Positions 63,701 through 64,000 of a DNA stretch of 64,000 nucleotides are shown here, piece by piece. Source of the stretch: Raja brachyura (taxonomy: Eukaryota). The position numbers and the translations under genes are program-made. Position 1 is the first letter of the stretch; every line of letters begins with the position of its first letter. The notes beneath the pieces are model-generated. The model was given only the letters and a program-made list of their open reading frames with translations, did no database searches and had not been told where the DNA came from. The stretch is from NCBI GenBank assembly GCA_963514005.1, contig OY740787.1, positions 70,990,001 through 71,054,000 of the forward strand, in the 5' to 3' direction.

Positions 63701-64000
63701 CTATAATGAGTGCTTGGCCAAACTACTGCAGGATCTAACGGGAAGGCAGGGATTCTTGTCAGAAATATTGTGATCCACTCCAATGAACTCAACATATGAA
63801 TTCCACATTGAATACAGGATTTGAAGATTCAGCATGAAAGGTACAAATTATTTTCTTTCTAACTGTGAAAATGTTGCCTTGTGAACTAAGTTATTGCAAG
63901 CCTGTCATCTGTATGTGTACCTTTAGCTGGAGGGACTTCCTCTTTTCTTGGAACAGTAACGGGTTTAACCTTTTCAGCAGGTGCCTTCTTGGGAATCTCT
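616..64000 (-). CDS. TTN: Titin (connectin) gene, partial: PEVK region, distal I-band Ig domains, start of I/A junction; multi-exon, extends beyond both window edges
   Basis: Dozens of minus-strand exons with GT/GC-AG boundaries that join in frame; they encode titin-type Ig (FxxPLxD...WxKdG...DxGxYxC), Fn3 (PGPxxNL...WxxPxxDGGS) and PPAK/PEVK motifs in the canonical titin order. Confidence 0.98.
1190..1565 (+). mobile_element. CR1-clade LINE 3' fragment
   Basis: ORF2 C-terminal remnant (FFTQRVVNLWNSLP-like) plus gggccaaatggcctactcctg 3' tail. Confidence 0.8.
1908..2192 (-). CDS. TTN: TTN exon, Ig domain (about I109)
   Basis: VAPSFDLREFKDG...DVNVI; tag acceptor, gtaag donor. Confidence 0.93.
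2310..2424 (-). CDS. TTN: TTN exon, C-terminal half of Fn3 (ISGLEQGKKYYYRVSAENAAG...); not in ORF track
   Basis: Manual translation; cag acceptor, gtaat donor; frame joins both neighbours. Confidence 0.92.
2659..3082 (-). mobile_element. CR1-clade LINE 3' fragment
   Basis: ORF with LGLYTLEFRRMRGDLI...FFSQRVVDLWNSL. Confidence 0.88.
3451..3638 (-). CDS. TTN: TTN exon, N-terminal half of Fn3
   Basis: VKPSPP...WEPPLKDGGSPI; tag acceptor, gtatt donor. Confidence 0.92.
3734..4036 (-). CDS. TTN: TTN exon, Fn3 domain
   Basis: DVPDAPLNV...YIFRVRAENRAG; cag acceptor, gtaag donor. Confidence 0.94.
4138..4437 (-). CDS. TTN: TTN exon, first Fn3 domain of the I/A junction (about I106)
   Basis: DVPGPIQNL...YLFRVSARNRVG; cag acceptor, gtaag donor. 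Confidence 0.94.
4523..4810 (-). CDS. TTN: TTN exon, Ig domain (about I105)
   Basis: AIPKIKT...PYDAYP...DKGRYKV; cag acceptor, gtagg donor. Confidence 0.93.
4916..5182 (-). CDS. TTN: TTN exon, Ig domain (about I104)
   Basis: EIPVEIIRPPQDI...ARAKLELA; cag acceptor, gtaag donor. Confidence 0.94.
5268..5392 (-). CDS. TTN: TTN exon, C-terminal half of Ig (YQFEKDGSLHRL...RARLFVE), GC donor; not in ORF track
   Basis: Manual translation; frame is kept only with the AAG|gcaagt donor. Confidence 0.9.
5493..5901 (-). CDS. TTN: TTN exon, one and a half Ig domains (about I102/I103)
   Basis: EEDLKIIEPLDD...RELRENK; cag acceptor, gtatg donor. Confidence 0.93.
5987..6265 (-). CDS. TTN: TTN exon, Ig domain (about I101)
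   Basis: ENLRIITPIKDQ...LTNHRGE; cag acceptor, gtaaa donor. Confidence 0.93.
6660..6926 (-). CDS. TTN: TTN exon, Ig domain (about I100)
   Basis: ELAAEFISKPQNLEV; tag acceptor, gtaag donor. Confidence 0.93.
7011..7280 (-). CDS. TTN: TTN exon, Ig domain (about I99)
   Basis: EEEATFTKNLAN...; cag acceptor, gtatg donor. Confidence 0.93.
7372..7540 (-). CDS. TTN: TTN exon, C-terminal part of Ig (about I98)
   Basis: VRWFKDG...DDEAEYECDA; cag acceptor, gtaat donor. Confidence 0.93.
8080..8097. repeat. (CT)n microsatellite
   Basis: Seen directly. Confidence 0.9.
8439..9005. mobile_element. Non-autonomous DNA transposon (PIF/Harbinger-like MITE) inserted in an old CR1 remnant
   Basis: Terminal inverted repeats agggcctgtcctacca / tggtgggacaggccct; TAA-like flank; GC-rich interior with ~24-bp repeats. 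Confidence 0.65.
9096..9350 (+). mobile_element. Retroelement 3' end with L2-type tail
   Basis: aaagaatctcactgcgacatgtcacatgtgataataaag hairpin and tail. Confidence 0.5.
10020..11065 (+). mobile_element. L2-clade LINE fragment interrupted by a CR1 3' fragment (about 10200-10515)
   Basis: KFAxxTIIVG...WCRDNNFSLNVSKSKEIVID and ESFKFLGVNITNKLSW RT remnants; tgacaataaa tail. Confidence 0.75.
12310..12407 (-). CDS. TTN: TTN exon, N-terminal part of Ig (about I98)
   Basis: PHVEFTKPLTDLEVKEKE...SAK; tag acceptor, gtttg donor. Confidence 0.9.
12755..13960 (-). mobile_element. Decayed, internally deleted CR1 (ORF1 zinc-finger/leucine-zipper remnant plus RT C-terminus and 3' tail)
   Basis: ICENCFELQLLTDQVRKTEL...EVITP (ORF1-like); LYKSLVGLHLEYC...LGLFSL (ORF2). 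Confidence 0.7.
14266..14532 (-). CDS. TTN: TTN exon, Ig domain (about I97)
   Basis: EPPAEFTKPLEDL...; cag acceptor, gtaag donor. Confidence 0.93.
14627..14750 (-). CDS. TTN: TTN exon, C-terminal half of Ig (VVTRAEGTRHTFTL...); about I96
   Basis: Manual translation; tag acceptor, gtaag donor. Confidence 0.91.
15088..15571 (-). mobile_element. Young CR1 3' fragment
   Basis: Intact frame YEERLDRLGLYSLEFRRLRGDLIE... Confidence 0.9.
15935..16565 (-). mobile_element. CR1 3' fragment with a nested L2-tailed insert (about 16188-16366)
   Basis: LGLYSLEFRRMRGDL...EMRR is interrupted, then RRNFFSQKVVNLWN resumes. Confidence 0.8.
17515..17657 (-). CDS. TTN: TTN exon, N-terminal half of Ig (ARVISLLRPLKDVTV...PSDR); about I96
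   Basis: Manual translation; unusual aag acceptor, gtatg donor. Confidence 0.91.
17658..17995 (-). promoter_or_regulatory. Candidate internal (Cronos-type) promoter and 5' extension with in-frame ATG at 17676
   Basis: ATG TCT TTT TCA TCT AAA G runs in frame into the exon; MCAT, MEF2-like and CArG-like motifs; TE-free intron; position matches the recalled Cronos start. Confidence 0.55.
17996..18122 (-). CDS. TTN: TTN exon, C-terminal half of Ig (about I95)
   Basis: DCEIKKESTKHFL...QAANAKTSAHLRVK; cag acceptor, gtaga donor. Confidence 0.91.
18258..18397 (-). CDS. TTN: TTN exon, N-terminal half of Ig (about I95)
   Basis: ERDIKILRPLYSVEV; cag acceptor, gtaag donor. Confidence 0.92.
18547..18813 (-). 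CDS. TTN: TTN exon, Ig domain (about I94)
   Basis: EGDPYFISKLQNYTAVEKD; cag acceptor, gtaaa donor. Confidence 0.93.
18922..19188 (-). CDS. TTN: TTN exon, Ig domain (about I93); not in ORF track on the coding strand
   Basis: GIRLEFTKPLEDQTVKERETAEF...; cag acceptor, gtaaa donor. Confidence 0.92.
19279..19545 (-). CDS. TTN: TTN exon, Ig domain (about I92), GC donor
   Basis: EIPLTFIVPLNDV...KLIIQ; frame requires AAG|gcaagt. Confidence 0.91.
19703..19829 (-). CDS. TTN: TTN exon, C-terminal half of I91 (I27) orthologue
   Basis: QCEIVEDGKKHILTLYNCKL...FQAANAKSAANMKVK. Confidence 0.92.
20096..20235 (-). CDS. TTN: TTN exon, N-terminal half of I91 (I27) orthologue
   Basis: ARIIKVVRPLHGLEIFEGETARFEVEISETDVHPQWKL. 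Confidence 0.92.
20335..20598 (-). CDS. TTN: TTN exon, Ig domain (about I90)
   Basis: ADPYFTVKLHDYTAVERD; cag acceptor, gtata donor. Confidence 0.93.
20809..21075 (-). CDS. TTN: TTN exon, Ig domain (about I89)
   Basis: GMRLKFITPLKDQTVKEG; cag acceptor, gtgag donor. Confidence 0.93.
21185..22345. mobile_element. Cluster of old repeats: Penelope-like remnant, CR1 3' end (21600-21865), palindromic Penelope-derived element (21967-22128), Deu-domain SINE-like remnant (22145-22345)
   Basis: Recognised motifs: cagcagatgctgg...ctgagttactccagc and cttcagtgcaatattgaggga...tggccaacatt. Confidence 0.5.
22434..23122 (+). mobile_element. CR1 3' fragment
   Basis: QQAVKKANGML...LYRALVRPHLEYCVQFWS...VVNLWNSLPQ. 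Confidence 0.88.
23470..23736 (-). CDS. TTN: TTN exon, Ig domain (about I88)
   Basis: EIEVDFATPLKDVTVPE; cag acceptor, gtaca donor. Confidence 0.93.
23834..23960 (-). CDS. TTN: TTN exon, C-terminal half of Ig (about I87)
   Basis: TCEIKSDGNKRFLILHEVKLDQAGEV; cag acceptor, gtaac donor. Confidence 0.91.
24061..24197 (-). CDS. TTN: TTN exon, N-terminal half of Ig (about I87)
   Basis: EREIDILTELQSVEVYEKETATF...WKLKGEILRPSP; tag acceptor, gtaag donor. Confidence 0.91.
25583..25858 (-). CDS. TTN: TTN exon, Ig domain (about I86)
   Basis: EIVRKWFVKPVRDQRV...DDIGEYTVEV; cag acceptor, gtaag donor. Confidence 0.92.
25929..26160 (+). mobile_element. CR1 3' tail fragment
   Basis: gggctgaatggccta...ttatggtcttatgg tail. 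Confidence 0.75.
26208..26477 (-). CDS. TTN: TTN exon, Ig domain (about I85)
   Basis: ETPVAFFKTLEEE...KGQPLYLTCEL; tag acceptor, gttag donor. Confidence 0.92.
26738..27133 (-). CDS. TTN: TTN exon, end of PEVK plus first distal Ig (about I84)
   Basis: RKTPSP...FQLKAVQLKFVKEL...SSALFECLISPST; tag acceptor, gtatt donor. Confidence 0.93.
27582..27632 (-). CDS. TTN: Candidate cryptic 51-nt exon (AAVYLLQLRLMGEVFPK) or alternative first exon
   Basis: cag acceptor, ACTAAC branch-like site about 40 nt upstream, gtaagc donor, symmetric phase 1, open frame. Confidence 0.4.
28016..28066 (-). CDS. TTN: TTN 51-nt PEVK micro-exon (DAKAPVEEASKGRGLLR)
   Basis: cag acceptor, gtgag donor; symmetric phase 1. 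Confidence 0.85.
28708..31005 (-). CDS. TTN: TTN very large (2298-nt) K/E/P-rich PEVK-like exon with five ~53-aa repeats and an acidic Trp-containing tail
   Basis: 768-aa open frame; tttgtag acceptor, gtgag donor; length divisible by 3, phase 1-1. Confidence 0.85.
28922..29698 (-). repeat. Coding tandem repeat, five units of about 159 nt (53 aa)
   Basis: Unit starts at 29698, 29539, 29383, 29224 and 29065; each unit has KKVxS...KVLTPRD...KTGK or a close variant. Confidence 0.9.
31371..31445 (-). CDS. TTN: TTN PEVK exon, 75 nt
   Basis: VTETEEVP...PVKKPLK; aag acceptor, gtaca donor. Confidence 0.82.
31954..32034 (-). CDS. TTN: TTN PEVK-region exon, 81 nt
   Basis: VTTVAEKIEPEA...LEPEE; aag acceptor, gtata donor; phase 1-1. 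Confidence 0.75.
32804..33298 (-). CDS. TTN: TTN E/D/I-rich exon, 495 nt, 12-aa periodic
   Basis: Open frame AFEKGFHEETT...IISQK; gaag acceptor, gtatc donor; phase 1-1. Confidence 0.78.
33643..33714 (-). CDS. TTN: TTN PEVK exon, 72 nt
   Basis: VARKPMPEKVTP...; aag acceptor, gtact donor. Confidence 0.78.
35631..35714 (-). CDS. TTN: TTN PEVK exon, 84 nt
   Basis: EPEIVKKAEPAP...EKAKK; aag acceptor, gtaca donor. Confidence 0.8.
35888..36081. mobile_element. Palindromic Penelope-derived insertion with a 16-bp target-site duplication
   Basis: acattataattattta at 35872-35887 and 36082-36097; internal inverted repeat. Confidence 0.75.
37036..37119 (-). CDS. TTN: TTN PEVK exon, 84 nt
   Basis: VAKIPKKPVAEEVKPVSVP...; aag acceptor, gtaaa donor. 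Confidence 0.82.
37479..37547 (-). CDS. TTN: TTN 69-nt repeated PEVK exon
   Basis: VPEVPKKPTPEPLKLKKVVTPEK; cag acceptor, gtaga donor. Confidence 0.85.
37891..40105 (-). mobile_element. Tc1/mariner transposon (IR/DR type) with a decayed transposase and a nested retroelement
   Basis: TA|cagtgccctccataatgtttgggaca ... gtcccaaacattacagagggcactg|TA; inner direct repeat near 38052; HTH + GRPR remnant (STVWNTIEKK...GTGRPRRTS). Confidence 0.9.
38133..38946 (-). mobile_element. GC-rich non-autonomous element with L2-type 3' tail, nested in the Tc1
   Basis: 5' gcggcgctgc...ctgcagtccgtctgtc; 3' tttcgttcagaccgaaaggtctgaatgacaattaaa; internal cgctggagcaccgcag repeats. Confidence 0.7.
40219..40287 (-). 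CDS. TTN: TTN 69-nt repeated PEVK exon
   Basis: VPEVPKKPAPEPLKPKKEVTQEK. Confidence 0.85.
40607..40924. mobile_element. PIF/Harbinger-like MITE
   Basis: ggccctgtcccacaatacgag / ctcgtacagtgtgacagggc inverted ends; TAA flanks; absent from sister array units. Confidence 0.7.
41099..41167 (-). CDS. TTN: TTN 69-nt repeated PEVK exon
   Basis: VPEVPKKPTPEPLKPKKEVIPEK. Confidence 0.85.
41466..41534 (-). CDS. TTN: TTN 69-nt repeated PEVK exon
   Basis: VPEVPKKPTPEPLKPKKEVTPEK. Confidence 0.85.
42712..42780 (-). CDS. TTN: TTN 69-nt repeated PEVK exon
   Basis: EPEVRKKPAPEPLKPKKEVAPEK. Confidence 0.85.
42890..43663 (-). mobile_element. GC-rich L2-tailed non-autonomous element (same family as 38133-38946)
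   Basis: Shared ends; empty site ccaagtacttgctcttccc seen at about 49610. Confidence 0.75.
44121..44189 (-). CDS. TTN: TTN 69-nt repeated PEVK exon
   Basis: VPEVLKKPTPEPLKPKKELAPEK. Confidence 0.85.
44968..45642 (-). mobile_element. 5'-truncated L1-clade LINE with poly(A) and a 15-bp target-site duplication
   Basis: aagcattattctttt at 44953-44967 and 45643-45657; RKKLILKFWK...FEQIWSPFTNYL ORF2 C-terminus. Confidence 0.85.
45985..46834 (-). mobile_element. GC-rich L2-tailed non-autonomous element (related family)
   Basis: cagactgcaggcg end, agtcgcatcc box, cactgtgagggaagg motif, tgacaat tail. Confidence 0.65.
47115..47183 (-). CDS. TTN: TTN 69-nt repeated PEVK exon
   Basis: VPEVSKKPTPEPLKPKKEVTPEK. 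Confidence 0.85.
48337..49248 (+). mobile_element. 5'-truncated L2-clade LINE
   Basis: YSLFTYDC...IKYADD...WCADNNLALNSKKTKELIVDY...FRFLGV; (tgaat)n tail; empty site at about 42520. Confidence 0.88.
49440..49508 (-). CDS. TTN: TTN 69-nt repeated PEVK exon
   Basis: EPEVPKKPVPEPLKPKKEVAPEK. Confidence 0.85.
50612..51527. mobile_element. Composite: CR1 fragment (-), Penelope terminal repeat with hammerhead-like core (+, 50717-50953), L2 fragment (-)
   Basis: ctgaagaagggtctcgacctgaaacgtc; NNLALRVSKTMDLIVDFRK. Confidence 0.7.
52961..53029 (-). CDS. TTN: TTN 69-nt repeated PEVK exon
   Basis: VPEVSKKPVPETLKPKKEVTPKK. Confidence 0.83.
53907..53975 (-). CDS. TTN: TTN 69-nt repeated PEVK exon
   Basis: VSEVPKKPVPEPLKTKKEVAPEI. 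Confidence 0.83.
54660..56010 (+). mobile_element. Decayed CR1 internal segment (ORF1 SGNH esterase end plus ORF2 endonuclease remnant)
   Basis: GFRSLDNWDDFWGRGDLHMRDGLHPN; ITETWL, VGDFNFP and LDLFL remnants. Confidence 0.8.
56133..56378. mobile_element. PIF/Harbinger-like palindromic MITE
   Basis: TAA|agggcctgtcccacttggcc ... ggccaagtgggacaggccct|TAA. Confidence 0.85.
56477..56551 (-). CDS. TTN: TTN PEVK exon, 75 nt
   Basis: VPEVPKQKIDELKP...KPK; aag acceptor, gtaca donor. Confidence 0.83.
57131..57214 (-). CDS. TTN: TTN PEVK exon with the canonical acceptor mutated (AA); possible in-frame CAG 6 nt downstream (exon end 57208)
   Basis: (VS)ELPKEPVIEVEKQVAVPGKVKVPPKK; tttaaaa in place of tttaaag. 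Confidence 0.6.
57642..57704 (-). CDS. TTN: TTN PEVK exon, 63 nt
   Basis: VPDVPKEPFVEESWKEITLTK; aag acceptor, gtatc donor. Confidence 0.8.
58099..58179 (-). CDS. TTN: TTN PEVK exon, 81 nt
   Basis: VLEIPQKPKPEQV...; cag acceptor, gtata donor. Confidence 0.78.
58701..58784 (-). CDS. TTN: TTN PEVK exon, 84 nt
   Basis: VKEAYTRTVIEE...AVPERKAAAPVK; aag acceptor, gtaca donor. Confidence 0.78.
59727..59798 (-). CDS. TTN: TTN PEVK exon, 72 nt
   Basis: VQDVPKKPMAEELKLRKEE; aag acceptor, gtatg donor. Confidence 0.8.
60879..60953 (-). CDS. TTN: TTN PEVK-region exon, 75 nt
   Basis: DLEKKQFDTKPQL...TVT; aag acceptor, gtata donor. Confidence 0.72.
61247..61330 (-). CDS. TTN: TTN PEVK exon, 84 nt
   Basis: VPEISKSEISEEVE...TRK; aag acceptor, gtata donor. 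Confidence 0.78.
62343..62426 (-). CDS. TTN: TTN PEVK exon, 84 nt
   Basis: VPEVPKKPIIPEEK...EEVAPIK; aag acceptor, gtaca donor. Confidence 0.85.
62921..63210 (+). mobile_element. tRNA-derived V-SINE (HE1-like) with CR1-type 3' tail
   Basis: A-box-like tggcacagc, B-box ggttcaatcc, V-core tgcgtgggtttt...cccacactccaaagac, gggccaaagggcc tail. Confidence 0.8.
63921..64000 (-). CDS. TTN: TTN PPAK-type PEVK exon, truncated by the window edge
   Basis: EIPKKAPAEKVKPVTVPRKEEVPPAK; gtaca donor. Confidence 0.85.

Overview
This is eukaryotic (vertebrate) genomic DNA, AT-rich. The whole 64 kb lies inside a titin (TTN/connectin) gene on the minus strand, and both gene ends lie outside the window. Reading in transcript direction (64000 to 1), the order is: about 25 small symmetric phase-1 PEVK exons (including ten copies of a 69-nt VPEVPKKPxPEPLKPKKEVxPEK exon in a decayed tandem exon+intron array), a 495-nt exon with a 12-aa periodicity, one 2298-nt PEVK-like exon with 53-aa repeats and a Trp/acidic tail, micro-exons, the distal I-band tandem Ig domains (counted as I84-I104, including the I91/'I27' orthologue), and the start of the I/A junction (Ig/Fn3). 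I placed about 61 exons by reading splice sites by eye; two introns need GC donors. The introns carry CR1, L2, L1, Penelope-derived, Tc1, Harbinger-like MITE and tRNA-SINE insertions whose make-up suggests a cartilaginous fish such as a skate or ray (inference). The best leads are: a probable Cronos-type internal start (in-frame intronic ATG at 17676); a cryptic 51-nt exon or alternative first exon just upstream of the PEVK/I84 exon; the large repeat-containing exon; a PEVK unit whose exon has been deleted; and a minimal hammerhead motif. Human domain and exon numbering and all family assignments come from recognition and memory, not from database searches.
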